A DNA stretch of 64,000 bases, from sequence record MZ443769.1; one strand, written 5' to 3'. A program made the position numbers and the translations under genes. The notes below the pieces were generated by a model, which worked only from the letters and a program-made list of their open reading frames with translations, was not told the DNA's origin and did no database searches. Position 1 is the first letter of the stretch, and each line of letters opens with the position of its first letter. Below, one piece after another: positions 39,902 to 49,011 of this stretch.

Positions 39902-40837
39902 TTAACTATTAAGTGAGAGAGCGTATGTTGTATTCAAACGCAACTTAGGACGAGAGCCGGGGACAATAGGAGTAGATAAATCCCAATCCGCTTTAGATAG
40001 TTTCAACATCGTTGTCACATCAAGCCAAGTTAGGCCAACGTCCAAATCAATTTCTTCGCTCGGCATAGAAGACACAGGTGTACCAGTAACTGGATCTGTC
40101 AGATACACAAGACCATCAGATTCACCATTAAAAGAGATATTAAAACCGCTACTGCCTGTGGGTGTTACATCTGTTAGTGCATTCAAATACTGAGTACCTA
40201 TCGTAAAGCCGTTTGCTGAATTTGGATAGAGATAATCTGAATCAGACACGGCAGGAACTACCAAGCCTGTCTGACTATTATAGCCATAACTTTGTAGGTT
40301 GTAGTTCGAACTGGCTGTAGGGCGTACTATGGAGAAGGCCCAATAGCTATAGAAAAGAGTCAGGGCGGACCCGTTATAGTTCCTAAGTTTGTATTTAGGA
40401 AGATTGATTTTCACATTTGCTTGAGGTGAGGTGAATACTGTAGGCACTGGGGTAATGACGTTGTATCCCTGGGCATACGGATAATTCTGCTCAATAGAAC
40501 CATCTGCTTTAGCTTTAGAAGTCCAGAGTGTAGGACTCTTTGCTACAGTCGTATGGTTATCCAAATAGTGTTGGCCTAGCATTCTGTAATCAGTCTTATT
40601 ATCATAGCCGTAGAATGACCAACGTAAAAAAGTTAAGTAATACTTACCGTCAGCGTTTTTACCTCTAACAGGATTCAAATAACCATCATTACCCATAAAA
40701 GTTCTTGCGTCCTGCAGAGCTATGGATATGCGTGAGATGTTTGATAAAAGGCTAAAATCTATAGGGTCTTTCTGCGTATCGAAGAAAGCAATCTCATACG
40801 TGTTAAGATCTATTGAAGGTTTCATTATGAATTGCAT
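39902..40837 (-). CDS. Hypothetical Y/N/S/T-rich protein in an AT-richer segment, possible receptor-binding or decoration protein
   Basis: Start MQFIMKPS at 40837 with GAGG SD (ORF track start 40858). Confidence 0.65.
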   Translation of the reverse strand: MQFIMKPSIDLNTYEIAFFDTQKDPIDFSLLSNISRISIALQDARTFMGNDGYLNPVRGKNADGKYYLTFLRWSFYGYDNKTDYRMLGQHYLDNHTTVAKSPTLWTSKAKADGSIEQNYPYAQGYNVITPVPTVFTSPQANVKINLPKYKLRNYNGSALTLFYSYWAFSIVRPTASSNYNLQSYGYNSQTGLVVPAVSDSDYLYPNSANGFTIGTQYLNALTDVTPTGSSGFNISFNGESDGLVYLTDPVTGTPVSSMPSEEIDLDVGLTWLDVTTMLKLSKADWDLSTPIVPGSRPKLRLNTTYALSLNS

Positions 40838-40876
40838 AGAGTAATCCTCAAAGCACATCCTTGTGCTTGGGTGGTA

Positions 40877-41242
40877 TTATGCTACTACTTCGAGATCGTG
40901 ATCACCTGAGTTCCAAATGAGTTCACGAATGTTGCGTGGCATAATGATGCAGCCGCTCGATGCAGTACCAGGAGCTTTGATGCTATCACCGTGAATCTGG
41001 AAAGACGAGCGGCCGAACATCACGTTGTCTTTGTTCGGATCAAGGGGCATTGCGTAAGGACCTGTCTGAGCACTTGTGCGTGGAGCAGTGATAACGTACT
41101 TACCTACAGGCAAAGGACCTACGCCAACGAGATTCTGATCAGCGTGTTTGTTCTTGTGCTCGCCCTTACCAGCATAGCCTGTAGCTACAAGCTTACCTGT
41201 CTTGGCGTACATACGACCTGTTGATTGTTCATATTTCCACAT
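40877..41242 (-). CDS. Tlde1/DUF2778-like L,D-transpeptidase-fold protein
   Basis: GYAG..GPLPVGKY..FGRSSFQIHGD..ASSGCI, carrying the catalytic H..SxGC motif. Confidence 0.8.
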   Translation of the reverse strand: MWKYEQSTGRMYAKTGKLVATGYAGKGEHKNKHADQNLVGVGPLPVGKYVITAPRTSAQTGPYAMPLDPNKDNVMFGRSSFQIHGDSIKAPGTASSGCIIMPRNIRELIWNSGDHDLEVVA

Positions 41243-41271
41243 GAGTATTGCCTCTGCGTTGGATAAAAAAC

Positions 41272-41305
41272 AAAAGGGCCTACACCTCTCGATGCAAGCC
41301 CCTTT
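41272..41305 (-). terminator. Probable terminator
   Basis: Minus strand AAAGGGGCTTGCA..TGTAGGCCCTTTTG with an imperfect stem. Confidence 0.55.
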
Positions 41306-41306
41306 C

Positions 41307-41447
41307 TTATAAAATGATTGTCACGAACTCGTTGCGATTCTTCTTAGGGTTAAACCATACTTCATCTATGATCTTTCCCATACCGAAGTTGATCATGCAC
41401 ACAGTGCGTCTACTGACTAACTGCCAATGCTTTTTACGATCAAACAT
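41307..41447 (-). CDS. Small hypothetical protein (46 aa)
   Basis: Not in ORF track. TGATG coupling; MFDRKKHWQLVSRRTVCMINFGMGKIIDEVWFNPKKNRNEFVTIIL. Confidence 0.5.
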   Translation of the reverse strand: MFDRKKHWQLVSRRTVCMINFGMGKIIDEVWFNPKKNRNEFVTIIL

Positions 41448-41959
41448 CACTGGTCCTTAATCATTTTGACTCTGGTGTGATTGAATATTCCATACGTCGG
41501 AACATCGTGGTTCGCACCTTCGTTACCTAAGATGGAGTCATATTCAGCGGAAGCAAGAATCCGACTTATCTCTGCATACTCGTCCCACCACATATAGACA
41601 CGCTTATGCGTAGAGGCAGGAATGAGATGTGAGAGTTTGTCCAGACGTTCAATAAGTTTAAGTGCTTCATCACGACCAACAAGCTTCTGTTGGAATGACT
41701 CCATGATAAGAGCTTTAACCCGCCTATAGATTTCAGCAAACTTCACTTCTGTCCAGAGGGAACGGAAGTTCAGACTAGCGGTGCGGCCTGGGTCTGCATG
41801 AAAACTGTAGAGTCGCCCATCTTCTGCATACATTTCAGCATACGCACGGTCTTGAGTTACCCAAGTCATGTGTAGCTTCTTCGCTTGTTCTTCGGACCAG
41901 TCGGAGGCTAGCCCTCGGTAGAAGATTTTGGGCGATGACAGACTAACGAAAATTTGCAT
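41447..41959 (-). CDS. Putative ADP-ribosyltransferase-fold protein (ART-PolyVal-like)
   Basis: TAATG-coupled start MQIFVSLSS; FYRG, WVTQDRAYAEMYA and YDSI..TYGIFN..VK follow the ART strand motifs. Confidence 0.55.
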   Translation of the reverse strand: MQIFVSLSSPKIFYRGLASDWSEEQAKKLHMTWVTQDRAYAEMYAEDGRLYSFHADPGRTASLNFRSLWTEVKFAEIYRRVKALIMESFQQKLVGRDEALKLIERLDKLSHLIPASTHKRVYMWWDEYAEISRILASAEYDSILGNEGANHDVPTYGIFNHTRVKMIKDQ

Positions 41960-43014
41960 TAGCGACCGGAAGTGCCTTTTTCCCAAGCTGTCTGTGAATC
42001 TATGCGATTAGGCTTCTCGTACTGGCTAAGAGCTTTTACAGCACCGCGTAGTTGTTTACGAGCAGTGGCTTCTGGCACAGGTGAATTGGAACCACCACCG
42101 TTGCCTCCAAAGTTTGCATACAGTTTCCACCTGCCGTCAGGCTGTTTCGACATACGGAAGCTACCTGTACCATGCTTGTATTCGAATGAGTTACCAGATG
42201 CAATAATCTTGCCGCGTGATACACCATCTTTAGTAGTCATGGTCTTGATCAGGCTCTCCATTTTCGGTGAAGGGTTTGTGCCTGAAACTTTCACTGCACC
42301 TGCTTTCTTACCTGTTAAGGCAGCAGTGCGCTTTTCTTTCAGCTCTTTTGCTTTAGCCTTAGTCATCGCACCAGTCACTGCATCTTTGCGTTTGACAGTC
42401 TTCGGTGCATCAACCGGCTTCGGCTTGTCGCTCGGCTTAGCTCCTGGTGTAGATTTCTTAGCAGCAGAGGAAGCACCGATCTTATCGAACTTATCACCTG
42501 TTGCAAAACGAGGTTTGAGTAACGATGGACTGCGATTCGTACCGCTCGCTTTTACCCAGAAGCTATCAGCCTTAGCTTTACCGATCTTACTGATCGTGTA
42601 ATCAGGTTGCGTCGAAGTGATGTAAGACGGACGGATAGGCGTGGACAAAACTTTCAAGCCCGCTTTGGCGAGTGAAGCGATTGCAGATGCAGCCAGCTTC
42701 TTAGCGGCAGTAACATCCTTTTTAATCACAGCGTTGTTGGCTTTGATCTTAGCGCTGATAGGAGCTTTCTTCTCAGTGTCTCGCGTTGCTTTCAACTTGA
42801 GTTTCAGCTTTGCAGTAGCCTGACCAAGTTTAGCAGCAGCCACGCCTAAGGTCTTCGCTTGCTTCAATGAAGTAGCGGCCTTAGCAACAACAGGCTTGTA
42901 CTTAGAGTTGATAACAATCGTCGGGCCGTTAGAAGATTTGACGATGTGATACGAAGGTTTCTTTACAGCAGATTCTGAGGCCAATGTCTCAGCCACATTA
43001 AGTTTGATTTTCAT
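41959..43014 (-). CDS. Lys/Ala-rich basic protein, probable internal head protein
   Basis: 351 aa; leader MKIKLNVAETLASESAV. Confidence 0.8.
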   Translation of the reverse strand: MKIKLNVAETLASESAVKKPSYHIVKSSNGPTIVINSKYKPVVAKAATSLKQAKTLGVAAAKLGQATAKLKLKLKATRDTEKKAPISAKIKANNAVIKKDVTAAKKLAASAIASLAKAGLKVLSTPIRPSYITSTQPDYTISKIGKAKADSFWVKASGTNRSPSLLKPRFATGDKFDKIGASSAAKKSTPGAKPSDKPKPVDAPKTVKRKDAVTGAMTKAKAKELKEKRTAALTGKKAGAVKVSGTNPSPKMESLIKTMTTKDGVSRGKIIASGNSFEYKHGTGSFRMSKQPDGRWKLYANFGGNGGGSNSPVPEATARKQLRGAVKALSQYEKPNRIDSQTAWEKGTSGR

Positions 43015-43022
43015 TTTAGTCC

Positions 43023-43625
43023 TTACACCAAGGCTCGTGCTGGTGCATCAAAGTTTTTGCCTGCCGAGTAATCACCGAGAGCAGCGTACAGAGAATCACG
43101 CATCATGTTCTGGATGATATCAGAGTTATGTGCTGACGCATCTTGAAACGCGACTTCAATCGCCAGAGTGCGAGGGTTGACCACAGCATAACGAATAGGT
43201 GCGATACCCTGACAGCGACCCCAAGAGTCTACACGATCTTGCAGGCCAGCACTGAACGGGATTTTGAAGTCAGTCAACTGAAACACAGCAGACTGAATTG
43301 GAGGTGGAGCAGAGAGCGACATGAATTTACCTGTCGGACTCAGCTTCTCCATAGTTGTAGACGCATCAAACACGGACTGGAAGTTGTCTGCGATTGATGT
43401 GATGTTCTTCAACTTATAGCTGTTTGTCGAAAGGCCCTTGCGAATCAACTGTGCTACCTGAACTTCGTAGTCACCAGTATCGCCTTGAGCATAAGAGACA
43501 AAAGCGTAGAGAGCAACACCATTGTCTTCACGCAGCAGACGATGATCGAGTACACGGAACCCGACCACTTTAGTCAATGCTTGCGCGTTCATTTGGGTTG
43601 CTGCCAAAGAAACGAAGATCTTCAT
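43023..43625 (-). CDS. Hypothetical protein with M-x-I-F-V-S-L leader
   Basis: 200 aa, MKIFVSLAA, internal FMSLSA; TAATG coupling. Confidence 0.75.
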   Translation of the reverse strand: MKIFVSLAATQMNAQALTKVVGFRVLDHRLLREDNGVALYAFVSYAQGDTGDYEVQVAQLIRKGLSTNSYKLKNITSIADNFQSVFDASTTMEKLSPTGKFMSLSAPPPIQSAVFQLTDFKIPFSAGLQDRVDSWGRCQGIAPIRYAVVNPRTLAIEVAFQDASAHNSDIIQNMMRDSLYAALGDYSAGKNFDAPARALV

Positions 43626-43957
43626 TAACGCATCTTGCTCAGTGCGTCTTTGGCTTTGGCCAGAGTAGGTTGAACATCGGAATCACCGAACTCAGCATTG
43701 ATAGTGATACCGACTTCGATCACGTTGAAGCCTTCATCTTCGTCCGCCATAACAACACCGAAGCGAGCAGTTTCACCATTGTACTTGATGAAACGGTAGT
43801 CGAGGATATCGTTCGGACCAGAGATATCAGACGGCATACCATCAGCCACTAACATGGCGTACAGAGATTTCTTGTCCAGACCTTTCATGAAGAAAGCTGT
43901 AGGGACGCTTGACTCAGATGGTACTGCGTCTTTCAAATTCAATTTAATAACGGTCAT
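43625..43957 (-). CDS. Hypothetical protein with SESS leader
   Basis: 110 aa, MTVIKLNLKDAVPSESSV. Confidence 0.75.
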   Translation of the reverse strand: MTVIKLNLKDAVPSESSVPTAFFMKGLDKKSLYAMLVADGMPSDISGPNDILDYRFIKYNGETARFGVVMADEDEGFNVIEVGITINAEFGDSDVQPTLAKAKDALSKMR

Positions 43958-43959
43958 GA

Positions 43960-44529
43960 TCAGACTCCAACCTGTTTTGTGATTGTGATAACACGCTGGT
44001 ACCAGCCGTAGATGTTATCTTCTTGTGTCTCGTCTGCCTTAGCGATGTTCTTGAGTTTCGCAATACGACAGCCATTAAAAGCATAGGCCAGGACTTTGAT
44101 ATCACGGACCTTACAGTAAGCAGCAAGAGCGGCCAACGTCTTAGGACCGATGTTCGCAGCAGGCGCAAAGTCGGGATAGAGTTTGCCACGTTGATTCAGG
44201 ATGTTCAACTGATCTTGCAGTTCAGCAATAGCAGCAGGTGGGCCTGAGTTAACAGCGTAATCGAACATCCACAGTGCAAGCTCTTGGCTGTACTTGGCAA
44301 TTTCGTCACACTTGCAGAAGTCCCAGAAGTTAGCGCTGTAGATCGCATAAGCAATCTCATACGGCAGATTCTGCATATCGCCTTTATAGCCATACGCACG
44401 GGCATTCTTTTCAGTAACGCCCCAACGAGTTGGACCGCCACGGTCAGCAGCGCGGTTTGTGTACTTCGAGCCACCTTCGCGATCAATAACCTCAGCAATC
44501 GCGTTCTTTCTAAACGTCAGAGCGTCCAT
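43960..44529 (-). CDS. Endolysin, glycoside hydrolase family 108 with PG_binding_3 domain
   Basis: REGG..DRGGPTRWGVT catalytic motif, YW-equivalent ANFW, FDYAVNSG, and C-terminal ..YGWYQRV. Confidence 0.92.
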   Translation of the reverse strand: MDALTFRKNAIAEVIDREGGSKYTNRAADRGGPTRWGVTEKNARAYGYKGDMQNLPYEIAYAIYSANFWDFCKCDEIAKYSQELALWMFDYAVNSGPPAAIAELQDQLNILNQRGKLYPDFAPAANIGPKTLAALAAYCKVRDIKVLAYAFNGCRIAKLKNIAKADETQEDNIYGWYQRVITITKQVGV

Positions 44530-44556
44530 AATAAATCCTCTATGTCATTACGCTTA

Positions 44557-44564
44557 AAAATTAG
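44557..44564 (-). promoter_or_regulatory. CTAATTTT motif upstream of the endolysin operon
   Basis: 27 nt upstream of the start, directly after a terminator. Confidence 0.65.
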
Positions 44565-44574
44565 CGTCAGAAAC

Positions 44575-44600
44575 AAAAAGGGCAGCCGAAGCCACCCTTT
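44575..44600 (-). terminator. Rho-independent terminator
   Basis: Minus strand AAAGGGTGGCTTCGGCTGCCCTTTTT; same stem as at 35254. Confidence 0.85.
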
Positions 44601-44603
44601 AGT

Positions 44604-44939
44604 TTAGAACCAGCGTATAGACCAGATAAGAATAGAAGACCACAGACCTATGTGCGCAAGATATGCGAATCGTAAAACATATCCTTGAACATATTTGTTT
44701 AGGCCACCATCGTACATGCCGCCATAGATTCCACCGAATGCAGTAAACGCAAATACCATAAGCATTGATTGAAACTGAGGTAGCTCCGCCCAAAACACGC
44801 AGAACTGAGCGAGCACCAAGTTAATGACGATCAGATAGATAGTTGTACGATACGTCCATTGCGTACAGTAAACGATATCGTACATGAACATGCTCAACGC
44901 AACTGCAAACAACAGGAGGGCCTGATAGTCAGCGGACAT
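44604..44939 (-). CDS. Small membrane protein (3-4 hydrophobic segments)
   Basis: 111 aa, hydrophobic; TAATG coupling. Confidence 0.7.
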   Translation of the reverse strand: MSADYQALLLFAVALSMFMYDIVYCTQWTYRTTIYLIVINLVLAQFCVFWAELPQFQSMLMVFAFTAFGGIYGGMYDGGLNKYVQGYVLRFAYLAHIGLWSSILIWSIRWF

Positions 44940-45652
44940 TATACCCCCTGATTCGCAACATACGTGTCGGTTATGTTTGCAGTCTTCTCCACGTTGCCAC
45001 GGATGTAACCGATCTCAAACACCTGCACGTTATGCTTCACCACTGCTTCACCGACAGTCTCACACGCATTGCTATGAATATCTAGGAACGCTTGACACAG
45101 ACGATCAGCAACAGGCTTCGCAAGAATCTTCATCAGTGTGTGGCGCTGTATCGCAGTCAGCTTGATAGGCAGAGCATCAATCTCACGACCGATATCTTTT
45201 CTACCACCACCGAATATCCAACGACAAATGGTATTCGTCAAAGGCTTCTGGTGAGTCTTCGATGGTAGCTTGTAGATGAACGTCATCAGACTGTAGAACA
45301 GGCTTCCGTCAACAGCACGTTTCTTGAGGTCATCGAGATACGTACCGATAGGAACTAAGCGACCACGCTCTGGTTCCATGTCATCAAGTTTACGATCAAC
45401 TGTCAGACCGAACTTGTTGATTACTTCTGAGTGACCGAACACAAAGAAGATATGATCAACGAGTTCACGGATAGCGATGGAGTTGCGCGAGTATTGCTTA
45501 GTGCCGATAATAAAAATGTGCTTACGATATTTCTTCGATGGGTCGAGAACACCTGACAGAGGAACGAACGTCACTTGGTCTGCTTCACCACGAGATTTGA
45601 GCCAGCCCAGAACCTGCTCTGGGCTTTGTCGTGTAACAGCAATTACTGGCAT
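44939..45652 (-). CDS. Hypothetical protein (237 aa)
   Basis: Collinear ORF in the sbcC operon. Confidence 0.7.
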   Translation of the reverse strand: MPVIAVTRQSPEQVLGWLKSRGEADQVTFVPLSGVLDPSKKYRKHIFIIGTKQYSRNSIAIRELVDHIFFVFGHSEVINKFGLTVDRKLDDMEPERGRLVPIGTYLDDLKKRAVDGSLFYSLMTFIYKLPSKTHQKPLTNTICRWIFGGGRKDIGREIDALPIKLTAIQRHTLMKILAKPVADRLCQAFLDIHSNACETVGEAVVKHNVQVFEIGYIRGNVEKTANITDTYVANQGV

Positions 45653-45891
45653 GATTTACCTGTGTTCACGTTTACTTCTGGGTTGTCTGCAACGAACGCA
45701 GCGACCTTCTGACGAACATCAGCTTCGGTGCTGCCGTAGAAAGTATGCTGCACGTCATGGCCACGAGTCGATGGATACTTGACAGAGCACGACCAAGACT
45801 CGCAGTAGAAAGACGGTGGGTATACTTTGTCTTTCGGTTCTTTGAGTCCAGCGTTAGGCAGGTCTAAATCTTCTTTGTTGAATACGCACAT
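45643..45891 (-). CDS. Hypothetical protein (82 aa)
   Basis: GGAA SD; operon spacing. Confidence 0.6.
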   Translation of the reverse strand: MCVFNKEDLDLPNAGLKEPKDKVYPPSFYCESWSCSVKYPSTRGHDVQHTFYGSTEADVRQKVAAFVADNPEVNVNTGKSCQ

Positions 45892-45893
45892 GG

Positions 45894-46202
45894 TTATTCC
45901 ACCGTGTCGAGTGCTTTTGCTGTGTACTCACGCAGAGTACGTTCGATATCCTGAGCAACATCCGGATGACAGATTAACTGAGAGCCTCGGATGAATACAC
46001 GCTGAGAGGGTTTCAGTATCGTACGCGGCTTACGCAGAAAGCGAGCAAGAATATTCCGTTCGTCTTGCTTGAACTCGTCCATGCACTGGATGTTAGGAAT
46101 CACATCATACTTGGCGTAAATGTCTACGCTCTTTTTGATGTAGTTGATCGACACAGGAATGCTGTGCTTCTCATGGTCGCGATTGAGTTGACCGAAGATC
46201 AT
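45894..46202 (-). CDS. Hypothetical protein (102 aa)
   Basis: TAATG coupling to sbcC. Confidence 0.65.
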   Translation of the reverse strand: MIFGQLNRDHEKHSIPVSINYIKKSVDIYAKYDVIPNIQCMDEFKQDERNILARFLRKPRTILKPSQRVFIRGSQLICHPDVAQDIERTLREYTAKALDTVE

Positions 46203-48535
46203 TATACCACCTTACGAGTCAATGCAGAGGTACCACCCTGCTTGGTGACTGTCCATTGATTGTGAGAGAAGTGCTCGACGTCATTCGGAGTTATCCAATA
46301 GATGTTCGGGATAATCTGTTTGAGTATCGGCAGGAAGTTATTGATGATGTGCTCACTCACTGCTGGGCTGCAACTGTTATCAGGCTCGTCGAGTATGATA
46401 AAGTTCGTACGGCGATTAGCAGGAATGAACGGCATGATCGCAACAGCAAACAACAGTCGGAAACAGTTAGTCTCCGCACCACTCATGATTGCAATGTCGG
46501 TTGTCTTCTTCGACACCATGCGCGTCACAGTAGCACCAACACCCTGCTTCGTAGTGAACAGTTCGAAACGCATAGGCTCAGGGAATACCAATGACGAGTA
46601 TTCGTTCAGCTTATTCTCAATCTGTTTCAGACGACCTTCAACTGCTTTCAACTTGAGAGCGGTGTTCGAGTAAGCCTTGTACAGGACTTCGAATACTTTG
46701 CGCTTATCAATCAGAGGCTGGAGCTTGGACAGTTTGAGACGAAGTTCCTTCAAGGTTTCTTCGTAGTGCTCATGCTCCTGAATGCGCATCTGCATGCCTT
46801 GCGCTTTACGTTCCTTCTTATCAATGTCGGTCGTCAGAGCAGTTACTTCCTTCTCAATGCGTTTGTAGTCGGCATCGAGAGAGTAGAATGGATTAGCAGG
46901 CTCACCGACGGCTTTCATTGCAGCGGTCAGGTCTTTCAGAATTTCAAGATCACGAATGCGACTCTTGATTGCTGTACGACCTTTCTTAGGCTTCTTAACT
47001 TCCTTCGGCTTCTTGAGTGCGGACTTACGTGCAATCAATTTCTCATAACGCTTAGACGCTTCGAACTGCTGTTCGATTTCGTCAAGGCTTGTGCCGATAG
47101 TTTTGAGTTGTGATTTAAGTTCTTTGCGATTGTGCTTAGGCTTCTTAACCTTCTGGTCTTTCAACGCAGCGAGTTGAGCATCCAACTTGTGATAGTCGAT
47201 GGCTTCAATGCACTCGTCGATAACAGACTGGGCTTTCGTTGCAGCACGGGACATTGCTTTAATGTCAACGTCTTGACCGCACGTAGGACAGGAGTTACCA
47301 TCATGGTCATGTTCCTGTAGAGCACGATACGCTTGAACTATTGCTTTGGATTCTGCTCGGCCATCCTGTGCCTCTTCCTGAGTTCGTTTAGGACTTTTGA
47401 GCTTAGAGAGTCTTTTACCGAGCTTGTCACAGGCTTCTCGCCATTCGTCGTACTCTTCTTGCTGTCCATCAACTTTCTCCAACAGTTCTTGCAAACTCTC
47501 TTCCTGTTGAACAAGCTTGCCATGCTTCTTGCGTAGCTTCTTGTTGTCGAGGTCTGCAACGTCTCCGAGAGCTTTGATTTTCTTTTTAACGTCAGCGAGT
47601 TCTGTGTCATACTCTTCCTGAGCTTCAACATAATTGTCGTAACGATCATGTTTCGCAAGGAAGTCACGCAGGTCTTTGAGCTCCTGCTTAATGTCATCGG
47701 ACTCAATGCCTAACGTGTCGAGCTGGTGCTTTAACTTCTCATACTTACGCGCATTGCTGCGTTCAGTAGACAGGTCAATAAGTTGTTCACCAAGTTGGTT
47801 ACGTCTGGCCTTCATTTTATCCAGATGCTCAACAATCTTGGCTAGCTGGTTCTTCTCCTGAGCATGAATGTCCAGTGCGTTCTGCTTACGCTGAGTAACG
47901 TCCAGCATATCAGCAAGCCCTTTAGATTCTGTCTCTGCATCTTTGGCCAGGTCCAGTTTCTTCTTTAGTGCCTGACGAATGTTATCAAACACGTCAAGGT
48001 TAAACAGGCTTGTCAAATACTTGAGACGATCAGCAGGTGCAGCGCGTTGGAAAGGATGGGTAATCTGAGACTGCACATAGCAGTAGCTGTAGAACTCTTC
48101 CTTCGAAAGAGGCCAGTGCTTCGACACCCAAGAACGTGCTACGTCCTGACGATCGACCTTCTGATCTTCATTGTTGTAGTACACCTTATACTTCTTGGCT
48201 GTCTGCACGATACGCACAATACCGCCTAGAGGTGACTGCCACGAAATGTCGATTGAACTGTCTTTGCCGAGCATGTTCCCTTTGTCTTTCTTTTTAAGAG
48301 CAAGGGGATCAGCTTCGTATAACAAAGTTGGGATAGCGCCGAACAGCAAACTCTTTCCAACACCGTTCGTATTATCTTTAACGTTCGGGCTGTCGAGGTT
48401 CTTACCGCAAATAGTTGCGAACCCTTCTTTGTCGAGCTTAACGAGGTCGAGTTCCTTGTACGTACCAACATCGCGCAAGTGAATCTCTTTCAGACCGATG
48501 CCGTGTAGCTGATTCTGCCGCTTTGTTTTAGACAT
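46202..48535 (-). CDS. sbcC: SbcC/Rad50-like SMC ATPase (T4 gp46-like)
   Basis: Walker A NGVGKS, Q-loop YVQSQ, long coiled coil with CPTCGQ zinc hook, signature MSGAE, Walker B ILDEPD. Confidence 0.92.
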   Translation of the reverse strand: MSKTKRQNQLHGIGLKEIHLRDVGTYKELDLVKLDKEGFATICGKNLDSPNVKDNTNGVGKSLLFGAIPTLLYEADPLALKKKDKGNMLGKDSSIDISWQSPLGGIVRIVQTAKKYKVYYNNEDQKVDRQDVARSWVSKHWPLSKEEFYSYCYVQSQITHPFQRAAPADRLKYLTSLFNLDVFDNIRQALKKKLDLAKDAETESKGLADMLDVTQRKQNALDIHAQEKNQLAKIVEHLDKMKARRNQLGEQLIDLSTERSNARKYEKLKHQLDTLGIESDDIKQELKDLRDFLAKHDRYDNYVEAQEEYDTELADVKKKIKALGDVADLDNKKLRKKHGKLVQQEESLQELLEKVDGQQEEYDEWREACDKLGKRLSKLKSPKRTQEEAQDGRAESKAIVQAYRALQEHDHDGNSCPTCGQDVDIKAMSRAATKAQSVIDECIEAIDYHKLDAQLAALKDQKVKKPKHNRKELKSQLKTIGTSLDEIEQQFEASKRYEKLIARKSALKKPKEVKKPKKGRTAIKSRIRDLEILKDLTAAMKAVGEPANPFYSLDADYKRIEKEVTALTTDIDKKERKAQGMQMRIQEHEHYEETLKELRLKLSKLQPLIDKRKVFEVLYKAYSNTALKLKAVEGRLKQIENKLNEYSSLVFPEPMRFELFTTKQGVGATVTRMVSKKTTDIAIMSGAETNCFRLLFAVAIMPFIPANRRTNFIILDEPDNSCSPAVSEHIINNFLPILKQIIPNIYWITPNDVEHFSHNQWTVTKQGGTSALTRKVV

Positions 48536-48735
48536 TAAATATACTCGAAGGATTTTTCCTGAATCAAACCTTTACCGTGAATCTGTTCGAATACTTCGAT
48601 TTCTTCTTCGGTGTATGGCTCGGCTGCCTCTGCGACCACATGGTACGATACTGATTCGTCCCGGGATTTTTCGCCATAGCTGTGTACGGTTCTCAACACA
48701 CGCCACACAGGTAATGCAATTAGTTCACGTTCCAT
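48535..48735 (-). CDS. Hypothetical protein
   Basis: TAATG coupling at both ends (start MERELIAL). Confidence 0.6.
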   Translation of the reverse strand: MERELIALPVWRVLRTVHSYGEKSRDESVSYHVVAEAAEPYTEEEIEVFEQIHGKGLIQEKSFEYI

Positions 48736-48944
48736 TAATGAAACACTCCTGATGCTTCGACCCACAGGTCAGTTGCGTTATACTTCGCACGGAGTTCAGC
48801 AAGCTTCGTTTCATCGAGAGGCTTTTCTGAGACAAAGATGCACTGAGGGACTTTCTCTTCAAGTCCAGTTACAGGGTGAATGTCACGGTCGTTGCGCATG
48901 ACGTTCCAGCGTTTGTTGGTACGGGTATTGAATGTCTGTTCCAT
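48735..48944 (-). CDS. Hypothetical protein (69 aa)
   Basis: First gene after the CTGTAAATA motif at 48984. Confidence 0.65.
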   Translation of the reverse strand: MEQTFNTRTNKRWNVMRNDRDIHPVTGLEEKVPQCIFVSEKPLDETKLAELRAKYNATDLWVEASGVFH

Positions 48945-48983
48945 AGTGGTAATGCCTATGTATAGTATATAAAAGATACTTGC

Positions 48984-48992
48984 TATTTACAG
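48984..48992 (-). promoter_or_regulatory. CTGTAAATA motif heading the sbcC operon
   Basis: Exact motif after a terminator. Confidence 0.7.
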
Positions 48993-49011
48993 TTTTTGAG
49001 GACACAGATAG

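Noticed and set aside
44604-44939. Holin call for the membrane protein next to the endolysin
   Set aside because: It is separated from the endolysin by a strong terminator and a separate promoter motif, and lacks a charged C-terminal tail; left as a membrane protein.
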